Below are positions 12,801-22,912 of a DNA stretch of 64,000 nt, piece after piece. A program made the position numbers and the translations under genes. Below the pieces are notes generated by a model. The model worked only from the letters and a program-made list of their open reading frames with translations, did no database searches and was not told where the DNA came from. The DNA is from Callorhinchus milii (lineage: Eukaryota). The DNA lies in assembly GCF_018977255.1 (NCBI RefSeq), contig NW_024704742.1, positions 47,556,001 through 47,620,000 of the forward strand. The letters are read 5' to 3'. How positions within the stretch are numbered: the stretch's first letter is position 1; every line of letters starts with the position of its first letter.

Positions 12801-15800
12801 CTCTAACTTGGTATCATCTGCAAACTTGGAAATAGTGCTCCCTATGCCCAAGTCCAGATCATTAATATATATTAGAAAGAGCAGTGGCCCCAATACCGAT
12901 CCCTGGGGGACACCGCTGCACACCTCCTTCCATTTCGAGAAACACCCATTAACCACCACCCTCTGCATTCTGTCACTCAGCCAGTTCCTAATCCAAACGG
13001 CTGTGGTCCCCTTAATACCGTGGGCCTCCAGTTTTTTTATTAACCTCTTATGCGGTACTGTGTTAAAAGCCTTTTTAAAATCCACGTAAATAATGTCCAC
13101 CGCATTTCCCTCATCAACCCTCGCAGTCACCTCTTCAAAAAATTCTATTAGATTTGTTAGGCAAGATTTGCCTTTAACAAATCCATGTTGGCTGTCTCTA
13201 ATTACCTCGTGTTCCTCTAAGTAGAGATTTATTTTGTCCCGGATTACGGTCTCCAGTAGCTTTCCTATTACCGAAGTTAGGCTGACTGGCCTGTAATTTC
13301 CGGGCTTGTCTTTCTGCCCCTTTTTGTAGAGTGGGGTAACATTAGCTACTCTCCAGTCTCTTGGCACCACTCCTGTGTCCAATGACGATTGAAATATAAT
13401 GGCCAAAGCCTCCGCTATTTGAACCCGTATCTCCCACAGCAACCTTGGGTGAAACCCATCTGGTCCTGGTGACTTATCAATTTTGAGCCCAGTCAATCTT
13501 TTCAGAACTTCCTCTCTGTCTATAGTAATCTGATCTATGTCCTCTACCCTGTCATCCAATACTGTGGCATTTGGGGCATCCGTTTCCGTTGTGAAGACAG
13601 ATGCAAAGTACTCGTTTAGTACATCAGCCTCTGCCTCCACAACAAGATTGCCGTCATTGACTTTGATTGGCCCCACCCTACCTTTAACTAACCTTTTTTC
13701 CTTTATGTGCTTATAAAATATTTTAGGATTCCCCTTTATGTTACCCGCTAACCTCTTCTCATGCGCTCTTTTAAGATCACTCCTGCATTCTCTATAATGC
13801 GCTTTGCTATCCTCAGTGTCTTGCATCCGCCAATTGTCGTTCGCCATCTTCTTCTTTTTCATCCTAGACAGAATATCCCTGGTCATCCAAGCAGGCTTGG
13901 TTCTCGCACATTTCCCTTTTGTGGGAATGTATCTATTTAGACCCTGAGCTATCGTATCTTTGAAGATTTCCCATTGCTCATAAGTCATTTTACCTGTATA
14001 ATATCCACCTGAACAACTAGACGAGATCTTGGTTTGATGTCTCATCCGAAGAAGCTGCTATAATTAGCACAATTGTAAATATAATTTTTCGATCCCAATG
14101 TCTGCTAAGCTGTAAAAAGCTTCACTCATTTTACTGAGTGAAAGGCAAGAGGGTAAATTACGTACCATAAGCATTCAAGAGTTAAATCCACAAAGGGAGT
14201 TCCTTAACTACTGGAATGTTGAGTTCTGTAATCGAACATTACCACAAGCAGTTTGTTTTCCTGCACGGAAATTATACTCACTGCATTCTGGTAAATTAAG
14301 ATTAAAATTCTGATTTCCTTAGATAAGACTTTGAAAAGTTTAAACCATGTATGAGATAAATATACAATTGCTTACTCAACATTAATTTACAGATCTAATG
14401 ATGTTCTTTATATTGAACTCAACTAAATGGAAAAAAACATAATATCACAAGATAAGATATAACATCCATTTTTATAAATGTCCTGTTTCTATTGAGTGAA
14501 TTAAATAACACAATTTCACCAAGTAATTATAACTATTTTGGTAATAATGTAATTATTAAAAGCAATACTGTTAGTTTTTACATAAAAGCACAGACACCAT
14601 AAGTATTCAGAATGGGTTTAGAAGCAATAAGTCACACAACAACAAACAACAAATTGTATTTATACACTGCCTTTTACATTGGGAGAATGTCCTAAAGGCT
14701 TTGGACAGTTGAGAGTTTGCACCTGAGCTGGGGGGTGGATTCCCAAGGGTTGGGGCCAATGGTGGCAAGGGTAGGAAGATAACCGAAGGCACAGGACCTT
14801 GAAGGAGGCGAGGGAAGACACAAAGCAAATGGACCCCGGAACGGAGTTCCAGAGTGTAGGGAAAGAAAGGCTGAAAGTCTGATTGTGGACCAGGCAGGGC
14901 AGGGACGGGAAGCAAGACAGTGTCTGCCAAGCCGAGGGAGGGAGCGGATTGGTAGGCTTTTGGAATGTCACAGAGGTAGACCGTGGAGGGATTTAAAAGT
15001 AAGAGCAAATGATCTTGAACTCAATCCTCTGGGGGATGCGGAGCCAGTGTAGCCAAGCAAGTAAGGGGCAGTGAAAGGCTTGCTCTGAAGATGGAGCTGA
15101 GAGGAAAGGAAGAATAAAATGGCCGACACATCATAAATCTAATGAATTTCTTAAGGAAATAACTAAATCAGTAGACAAAGGCTATGAAAATGAAATATTT
15201 TAAAGAATATTTATTTAATTAATTGTAATTTAGCATGTTGGATTGAAAATTATTTTGTGGTAGAAAGGGGAAGGTGATAATGTGAAGGGCGCTGCTTGGA
15301 ACCGGGAGTAAAAGAACCGGGGGAAGGCCCAGATGAACATATTTTAGGGCACTCCATGAACAGAGAACCTGTCCCTATGGATCCATTGCACGACCAGAAA
15401 CAATATTCAAATAGACAGTCACAACACTTTACAGTAAAATCTAATGAGGAGCTTTGAGACATCTCAACGACATGATAAGGCACAATCTCAGACATAAAAC
15501 CGTCAAATGCGCCTGTATCAAAGGATTATCATATGGCTGACAGTACTCTAAAAACACAGCACAAATGTATAACCTTACCTTGTGAAGACAATTTCTGCCT
15601 CATTGTATGATTTTCTCTTGTGTCAGTTTTACATATAAACCAGCCTATGGCTACGAACTGCAGACTAATGTTCTGACAGACATCCTTTCTTTGAGTCTTT
15701 TCAATATTGGAATGATTGAAAGAGATCGTTATCTCAGCCATACTTCTTCGACTGCCATTTTGTGAACAGTTTGTGTTTGTGGTAATGTTCATCAATTCAA

Positions 15801-18800
15801 GTGGAGACAGATTAGCTGCTTTGTCTGAAAAGTTCAGGTCAATGCAAGCCACCATGAGGATGTTAAAGTTACCTGTATACAGAAGAAAACTCAAGTCAAT
15901 TTTGGAGATGAGCATCACAGGCATGAAAAAATAATTGACAGCACCATTGCTGCTAAAGTAACATAATGGACAGCAGTTCACATTCTACGTCCCTCATGAA
16001 GCAAAGATTGTGGCCTGCACGGGGATCGAATAGACCATGATTAGTACCATGCTCAAATCAACTGAGCTAACCGCCCTCAAACTTGGTCAAGATGCATCTT
16101 ATAACAGGTTATTTAATGAATCAGGAACCAAGGTCAATTGGCTCACCTTATGTGTGCTAGTGCTTGCTCACCCTCCACCCCCCTCCTACAGCGTCTATCT
16201 ATTCTAATCCCCGTTTTTCTCAATTCCCTTCAATATTATTTTTCTTGAAGTACTATATTTATCGAGGTCTCTTATAAATATTATTATGAATTTAACATCA
16301 ACAGTCACTTGTGATAAGTTATTTAATATTCTAACAACCAATCCTGAGTTAAACCTAAATCGATTGTAAAGAAGGCATGTTTATTTCCTGCGTGCTGCAC
16401 TCTAGTTGTCCAGGAACATTATGCAGGAACCAATAATTTCTATTTACTTTTTTTTTAAAATTTCAATTAGAAACTGCTGTACTTTCAATATTTTTTTTAA
16501 TGAGGGAACTTCTGTTGGGTTCTTTTGTAAATATTGCGAAATTGGCCAAGAACGAAAAGTCCCTCCAAAAATATTCCATCCGAAGATTAAACCAGTAAAT
16601 AGATGATTCATAAATGTGAAGTTAGTGAATGGTGTTATAAATGGGTTTTTTATAATTCAAAACAGTTTACTCTATAACCTATCCTCTTCGGGGGGAGGTA
16701 AGAGGCGTCTCCTTGGAGCTGAACTGGCTCCAAGGTTATACGTTGGGCAACGGTATAATAATAATAATAATCCTTGCATTTGATATAGCGCTTTTCACGT
16801 CGGGAGGACGTCCCAAAGCGCTTCACAGAATACACTGTAAAGTGAATTGACTGTATATTTGTGGGCGAACGCGGCAGCCAATTGCGCACAGCAATGTCCC
16901 ACAAGCAGTCGTAGATTGAAAATGACCAATTTATTATTATTTTTGGTTTTGGAGGGATTATTATTAGGCGTGTGGAGTAAGGAAACTTGCCCAAGGTTTC
17001 GCTCTGCCTGGAATTGAACTCAGGTCTCTCACTTGCAAAGCGAGTGCTCTAACCACTGAGCCACAGGACTCCACAGGTATGTTGGAATTGAGCCAGCCTT
17101 CTATAACGGTCTCGGTTGTCTGGTTCCTGAGCGGCATCACAGTACTCCAGGGGCACTACTGATGACAGCAGAGCCAACTTGGCTCATTGGCAGAACTTGG
17201 AAAGACAGACCAGTCACTGGGGGCAGGGAATCATTCCACTCAGCTCCTGTTAACCCTGCAAGCCAAGGCCCTAACTTGTAGGGTGGTCCTTGCTGGACAA
17301 GCAGCGGGAAAGTTTGCCAGACAGCAATATCAATGGCAAACTATGGGGTTTTTGTTGGTCAGACTCCAGCAGTACCCCAATGCACACTCTGGGGTTCCCC
17401 AGCCTTGGGAGTCCCTCCAGGGAGAGAGTGCGCATTCCATTCCAACAATCTATCTCTGGGATGCATGGAATTCTGGTTTGGATACTCTTAAACATGATGA
17501 TGAGTTTCCGTACGTGTCAGATACTCGGCTGACCAAAAAAAATGTTTTCCTGTGTCCACTTTTAATCTTAAAAACAGAGCTGTCATTTAGATAGCAGTAA
17601 TGACAGTCAGACGTCATGTAACAACAGAAACTCTAAATGTATCTTACTTGTGCTTTCACTTCCTTTATACTTGTATATTTCCTTTATATTTCAAACTTGT
17701 CTCGTCCCAAGGAAGCCTACACTAGCTCCTACATTAAGCTTTGTGAATCCATTACTGCCAATCTTGGCCAGCTCTAGTGGCTCCCTATGGATTGAGTTTA
17801 AGATTTTCATCTTTACCTCTGCTTTCAAAACCCGTCCAAGATATATCTCTTCATCTGCCTTAATCATTAAAATGTTGTTAAACTTTGTTTATTAAATCCA
17901 AGGAGTATTATTTTTATTTTAACTAAGCTTTCCTAAATATATCTGTAACATGAACATGAAATTTAAAAAGATAAATGTACCTCTAATAAAATAATAATCC
18001 TTACATTTGATATTATGCCTTTTACTTTGGATGATGTCTCAAAGTGCTTCCCAGGATATATTGTAAAGGGCCGTAACTATGTGTTTTGTAGACTGTATTA
18101 AGGTTTTTTTTACATATAGATAATAAAGCATATCATAATAATATTAGCCATGTAGCCAAGTTTTCTAAAACATGGTCTTTAACCTCCTGAGATGATTACA
18201 TTTCTATGCAAAGTAAAACAGTTCCCTTAACTTCATCATTAAGAGCAATTCCACATCCGAGAGAGAAATTTGTACAGGTATTGGTGTTGATATACAGTCA
18301 ATTCACTTTACAATATATTCTGTGAAGTGCTTTGAAATATCTCGAAGAAGTGATAAGGCGCTTTATAAAATGCAACAATTACTATTATTATTATTATGAG
18401 TCTCAGTGTAAGAGCTAGTAGTGGAAAAATACTTCTAGTTTGCAGCTTAATGTACCACTGAGCCCAATTCTCTTAAAATGAAGCCTCAAATGCATTGCCT
18501 ACTCAATTTTGCCATATTTATTTTGTCCCCTGCATTAACAAAAAGCTGAATATATCTACATGTAATGATTATTAAACCCATAAGCCTTGAGTAATGAACA
18601 AAACTGTAACTAATTTCAATTTTAAGATAATGTATTTTAGTAAATATTGAAAACAATGGTACATGATTTTTCAATTTAGAAAAATGCATTTCTAAATCAT
18701 TCAGAAACCATTAGGTTTTAACAGCATATTTTTCAAAAGTCACTTAGTATTTGGATAGAACAATCATATTAAAAAATATGCACATTACTGCTTGAATTTC

Positions 18801-21800
18801 CTATTCTCACCAACCAAAATATTTCCATCAAACATTTTCATACCAAATGGACCATTTAGTCATAAATATGTCAAGTTTAATAGAATCACCATTACTTCCA
18901 TAATAAACAGCAATGGGCATTTGAAACTTAAAGGAAATATTGAGTTTGATTTTAAATGCATTATTGAGATTGGTAGTGATCGCTAATGTCTATACCAGGG
19001 CTAGTTTCGAAAGCACCATCAACCTAAATATTATCATTTTGTGTTCCCATTAAAACAATACAGTATATATTTTTTCAATCCACCACAGTTTAAATAGGGA
19101 TAGCGTGCCTGTCCACAGCACATCACTCTCTAGCATTTAGTCTCCCTAACTATGATTTTAAAAACCTGAACTAATATACCTTTCCCCTTTTTTTGGGTTC
19201 TATTGCCTGATCAATAAGAAAAGCAGTGGTCTTAAGAGGTGTGTGAAAGTACCCCAAGTTTACCAGCGAAGGATAAAACAACACAGGTTTAGCGATGTGA
19301 AGGGCAATTTTAGGTTAGACATTAAAAATTATTTCTTTACACACAAGGCAAACATTTTCTTTCATTTGTCTTTGCCTTAACAGTCTATTTCTAGCTATAC
19401 AAGCGTTTCTCAGTTTCTTAATGTGTTACTTTTGTGACCTAATCTGTCACTCTATCTTCAAGTCAATTCTTGTCAGTCACTGCATTCATCAGCACCACTA
19501 CCAAGTTTCTCTCTACAAAGGAAATATTGTACAAATTCTCTCCCATCTCCTCTTGCATAGAATCCTGTGTTGCAAGAACAACACGACAAAAGATATGTGG
19601 TTTGTAATGTTACTCATTACACAACACCAATTTTACAATCTCTTTCGCTGAGAACAGTGCTAAAAAAACACAATAAGCAAAATGATGGTTTTCTACTCAC
19701 TCCATCAATATATGTCTATCCAGCAATAAAACTTTTCTTAGCCAGATTCGCAAAAATAATTAAAAACGCAACCATTTCAATAAAAAAGGAGTGCTCCTGT
19801 CTATTTATTGTGTTGCAATCTATTAGCATTATGGAACAGGAATTGCAAAGATGAAAGATTTATAAAAATAATTTTGCAGGAGGATTCCCTAAGTTATGTT
19901 GTGTACTCTAGGTTACGGTGTGAAAGAAGGAGAATTGTTTTTTCCATTTGAAGCTACAAGTTGAAAATTGGAGTCAGAGTTGAGAGAGGTCAGGATCTAA
20001 AGCTGCAAGTCAAGGTTGTGGCTGGAGTCAGAGTGTTGATAACAGCTGTAAAGTCTGAACACAGCGAGCATGTACAGGTGATGTACAGGTGATAGGTGAC
20101 GCCAGGACTGCTAAATCCGAGTCAAAAGTAAATTAGAGATGATCAAGAAATTACTCAAATTAATTTAATGAGGACTTTCCTATTCACGTTAGTTTACAAC
20201 AACAACAACAACATGCATTTATACAGCACCCTCCACGACGGCTGGTGTCTCAAAGCGCTTAATAATGGTGGAGCCCGAGGCCGAGCCGGGGGAGGGGGAA
20301 GGTGAACCTAGGCGCGGTCAAAGAGGAAGGTCTTCAGACGCGACCTGAAGATGGGGAAGGCGGGGGTGAGGCGAAGGGGTTGAGGGAGAGAGTTCCAAAG
20401 TTTCGGGGTATAGTGGCTGAAGGCACGGCCGCCGATGGTGGAGCAGAAGATTCGGGGGACGCGGAGGAGGACGGAACCAGTAGAGCAGAGGCAGCGGGTA
20501 CTGCTGTGGGGAGAGAGATGGGGGGAGGGGGGCAAGAAATGGAGGGATATAAACACTAGAGTGAGGATCTTGAAGTCGATCTGCTCTGTGACAGGGAGCC
20601 AGTAGTGTTCAGCAAGGACTGGAGTAATCGAGGTACGAAGTTTGGTGCGCGTGATAATGCAGGCGGCGGAGGTTTGAATGAGCTGACATTTTGTGAATAG
20701 TGGACGAGGAGGAAGTTAGAGTAGTCCAGCCGAGAGGTGACAAAGGCATGGACAAGGGTTTCAGCAGCTTTTGCGGTGAGGTATTGTCAGAGACGGGCAA
20801 TGTGACGGAGGGGGAGGAAAGCGATGCTGTTCAGGGACCGGATGTGGTGGAGGAAGGATAACTAGGCTCGAACCTAACGCCTAAGTTGCGTACGGTTTCG
20901 GAGAGTTTTAAGGACAGGTCGGGTAGGTTGAGGCGGTCGGAACCATGGGACAGAAGACATCGTCGGGAGCCAAAGAGTATAGCTTCTGTCTTGTTTAACT
21001 GCAGGAAATCTGGGCTCATCCAGCTCTTGATGTCCGATAGACAAGCTGACAGAACATCAGGTGACTGGGGGTCACAGCTGGAGGTGGAAAAGTAGAGTTG
21101 AGTGTCATCCGCATACATGTGGAAGTTAACCCCGTGTCTGTGGATGACATCACCGAGAGGGAGCATATAGATGAGGAAGAGAAGGGAGCCAAGGATGGAT
21201 CCTTGGGGTTTCCTGTAGGTGACCAGGTGGAAGCGCAAGGAAAAGCCATTTGCATAAATGTAGTGCTGGCGGTTTGTAAGGTAGGACTCGAACCAAGCGA
21301 GTGCAGTCCCACCGAGGTAGATGATGGAGGACAGGCGGTGGAGGAGGATGGCGTGATCGACTGTGTCGAACATGGCGGAGAGGTCCACGAGGACGAGGAG
21401 GCAGAGGGAGCCCTGGTCACAGATAGAGAGGATATCGTTTGTGACCTTCACGAACGCTGAATCTCTACTGTGGCCAGGGAGGAAACTGGACTGGAGGGGT
21501 TCGAATAGGGTGTGGAGGGAGAGGTGTGCGCGAAGTTGGTTGGCAACAACGTGTTCCAGCGCTTTCGCAAGGAAGGTCAGGTTTGAGATAGGGCGGTTGT
21601 GGTGAGGTTGGTGGGATCGAGGGTAGGTTTTTTAAGGAATGGGGTGATGACTGCGGTTTTGATGGGGAGCTGTCTGCCCCCCAGTGTTGCCAGCAGTGGG
21701 CAGAGGAGGGGGAGCTGGGTGATCAGCAGTTGGATGGGGAAGGGGGTCGAGGTAGCAGGCGGTGGGTTTCATTATTACTGTCTGGGGTTTAGGTTAGACA

Positions 21801-22777
21801 CATTTTGTTAGACCAGAGTAAAGAGAGCTTATCTTTGCATCTAATTGTGCTCATCTGGAAGTGTTCAATTCTGGCAATGTGCACAAACAGTGTTTCACTG
21901 TTCAACACTGTCATCTCTCATTTTGATGAGGAAAATTAAATATTCTACAGAAACAAAATGTTCAACACAATTCAATATTTACTGATCTAAAGAATGAATT
22001 TATACGATTTTCTGAAATAAATTCTTGGATCATGTTCATTTAGATATTTTACAATGGGAATACGGCAGGAAAACATTAAATTCCTCTTTTTTTTAGATCA
22101 ATAATGCTGTATTTCACATTAGGCATTCTGTTACAGGTTATGGATTTATCTCATTCACTCCAGTTTAAAGAAAGAAAAAGTTAAAATAGCAAAAAACATG
22201 CAAAGAGGAATAACAACAACAAAGAGAGCCATACCAGGAAGTGTCTTCCAATTTTTATCTAAAATTTGGGGATTGCTTAATAATGTGTTCAAGAATGCAG
22301 TTCTTGCGAGTTATAAAATTATCCCAAATGGTAGCTAAATCTGACACGTATAGCTTCCTAGTGAGAACACTTGTGAGTAATACAAATAAGAAACTATGAC
22401 ATTTGATCAGTTTACGTTTTAACTAAAAAGTGAGCCATGAACTTACATCATAAAATAACATTCACTGCTAAACATTTTATTTTCCACCCTACATTGAAAG
22501 AAGCAAGATCGGAATGAAGCACTATAAATCTTCCATTCAAAAATTTGTTCAGGAACAACTTGAAGACATTTTCAGTTTGTGCTGTAACTGAAACGTGCTA
22601 CACTGCATCAGAAGAGGAACAACAATTTCACTTACTGAATCTTTATACGGGATACCATAAAAACTATTTCAAATCTGTGTGACTCTTACCTTCAGATGGA
22701 GTAAACAATTCAGAAAGGCAGATCATATAAACAGCCAGGGCAATTGTTATTAGCTTCATAAGGATCATTCTTGTCAT
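653..22777 (-). CDS. Spliced CDS (8 exons, ~472 aa) of an unnamed type I membrane glycoprotein / Ig-superfamily-like receptor: join(22690..22777,15579..15872,11291..11602,9989..10126,8945..9055,7220..7300,2997..3146,653..897)
   Basis: All seven introns are GT-AG and phase 1. Internal exons are 294, 312, 138, 111, 81 and 150 nt, all open in the joined frame. Total 1419 nt = 472 codons + stop. Order signal peptide - glycosylated ectodomain - TM - Tyr tail is coherent. The last exon is least certain. Confidence 0.8.
1812..2027. repeat. Complex (GT)/(CT) microsatellite; similar tract at 2255-2312, with an L2 3' fragment between
   Basis: Direct inspection. Confidence 0.9.
2997..3146 (-). CDS. Exon 7: cytoplasmic ([17 protein letters not shown]...AETTAHSQ)
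   Basis: Acceptor ctttcttttaaatgtag, donor CAAG|gtaatt, 150 nt, within ORF 2953..3195. Confidence 0.8.
5381..5738 (-). mobile_element. tRNA-derived SINE, full length
   Basis: Head GTGGTTAGTGCG...GGTTCGATTCC; same body and tail as other copies. Confidence 0.92.
5857..6175 (+). mobile_element. tRNA-derived SINE, short young subfamily
   Basis: TAGCTCAGTGG A box, GTTCAATTCC B box; candidate ATGTA target duplication; near-identical to 16757-17075. Confidence 0.95.
7220..7300 (-). CDS. Exon 6: cytoplasmic ([27 protein letters not shown])
   Basis: Acceptor attctactgcttag, donor GCAG|gtaaat, 81 nt, open in phase 1. Confidence 0.8.
8043..8260 (+). mobile_element. Two tandem L2 3' tails
   Basis: gccttgggac...gacatgaaag twice, ending (TTG)n. 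Confidence 0.75.
8945..9055 (-). CDS. Exon 5: transmembrane exon ([37 protein letters not shown])
   Basis: Acceptor ttttttgtatttttatctgcag, donor AAAG|gttagt, 111 nt, ~21-residue uncharged hydrophobic segment. Confidence 0.9.
9989..10126 (-). CDS. Exon 4: membrane-proximal partial repeat/stalk ([46 protein letters not shown])
   Basis: Acceptor tttaaattgcag, donor GAAG|gttagt, 138 nt, protein similarity to exon 3. Confidence 0.85.
10505..10830 (+). mobile_element. Old Deu-domain SINE (AmnSINE/SacSINE-like); other copies at ~3400-3770(-), 23715-24070(+), 28820-29100(+), 50790-51180(-), 62720-63090(-)
   Basis: Core gatgagatattaaaccaaggtcccgtctacctgttccaagtggatgttaaagatcccatggcactatt recurs in these copies, usually after a tRNA-like head. 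Confidence 0.75.
11291..11602 (-). CDS. Exon 3: degenerate Ig-like domain 2 (VSTMIIYV...[15 protein letters not shown]...DPCYK...ITIQ)
   Basis: Acceptor aatttgtacacag, donor CAAA|gtaagt. Cys followed 12 residues later by Trp. 5 sequons. Lies inside ORF 11205..11843. Confidence 0.85.
11914..13990 (-). mobile_element. CR1-clade LINE, 5'-truncated, relatively young; ORF2 reverse transcriptase broken by frameshifts
   Basis: [43 protein letters not shown] motifs; (ATTCTATG)n 3' tail at 11914-11936. Confidence 0.97.
14637..15065 (-). mobile_element. Old L2 3' fragment
   Basis: [17 protein letters not shown]; (TTG)n-like tail. Confidence 0.75.
15579..15872 (-). CDS. Exon 2: degenerate Ig-like domain 1 ([10 protein letters not shown]...AIGWFIC...KLSSQ)
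   Basis: Acceptor ttttcttctgtatacag, donor CAAG|gtaagg. Cys pair 71 residues apart, the second in a G-x-F-x-C F-strand-like motif. 8 N-x-S/T sequons. Confidence 0.85.
16011..16076 (-). pseudogene. Decayed tRNA-Ile(AAT)-like sequence (pseudogene or SINE head)
   Basis: gggcggttagctcagttgatttgagcatggtactaat..ttcgatccccgtgcaggcca resembles vertebrate tRNA-Ile(AAT), with deletions in anticodon and T arms. Confidence 0.7.
16757..17075 (-). mobile_element. tRNA-derived SINE, short young subfamily
   Basis: TGGCTCAGTGG and GTTCAATTCC boxes; GGTAT duplicated at 16752-16756 and 17076-17080. Confidence 0.95.
17076..17542 (+). repeat. Unclassified interspersed repeat (fragments also at ~10940-11180+, 27580-27770-, 30960-31620+, 32080-32120-, 36995-37140+, 44430-44470-, 61065-61155-)
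   Basis: Shared blocks gacagaccagtca..ggggcaggga, taacc.t.caagccaa, and 3' gatgggtttcc..tgtcagacacctggctgacc(A)n. Confidence 0.75.
20196..21770 (-). mobile_element. L2-clade LINE, 5'-truncated
   Basis: [35 protein letters not shown]; (TTG)n tail. Confidence 0.95.
22690..22777 (-). CDS. Exon 1: signal peptide [29 protein letters not shown](G)
   Basis: ATG at 22777 (acaATGa), hydrophobic core, donor GAAG|gtaaga, 88 nt (phase 1). Confidence 0.85.
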
Positions 22778-22819
22778 TGTTATTTTAGCACGTGGCTCGA
22801 TTGCACTTACTGCTAGTCT

Positions 22820-22912
22820 GTCTGTGGTAAATTCCTTCCTGTTCTCTTAATCTTACCAAAGAGGCGGTACCAAAACTTTACAGCAAGTACAACCTTCCTG
22901 CTGTTTTCCAAG
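22820..22912 (-). promoter_or_regulatory. Candidate proximal promoter of the receptor gene (RUNX, two ETS, NFAT-like sites)
   Basis: TGTGGT 22823-22828; CAGGAAG on minus strand at 22835-22841 and 22894-22900; TGGAAAA on minus strand at 22904-22910; all within ~135 nt of the ATG. Confidence 0.45.

Noticed and set aside
12166..14045. 415-aa and 194-aa ORFs as a host gene
   Set aside because: CR1 ORF2 fragments with frameshifts; the first ~18 codons come from an adjacent Deu-SINE remnant.
13994..14287. Possible extra ~294-nt exon in receptor intron 2 (ccag acceptor, CAG|gtaaaa donor)
   Set aside because: Stop codon in the phase-1 frame, and the 3' part is Deu-SINE sequence.
19439..19564. Possible exon in receptor intron 1
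   Set aside because: Good acceptor, but the phase-1 frame hits TGA and nearby donors are weak.
653..22777. Receptor as CD4 or CD8
   Set aside because: No CxC Lck-binding motif (spacing is CxxC), tail is much longer, and the domain count does not fit.
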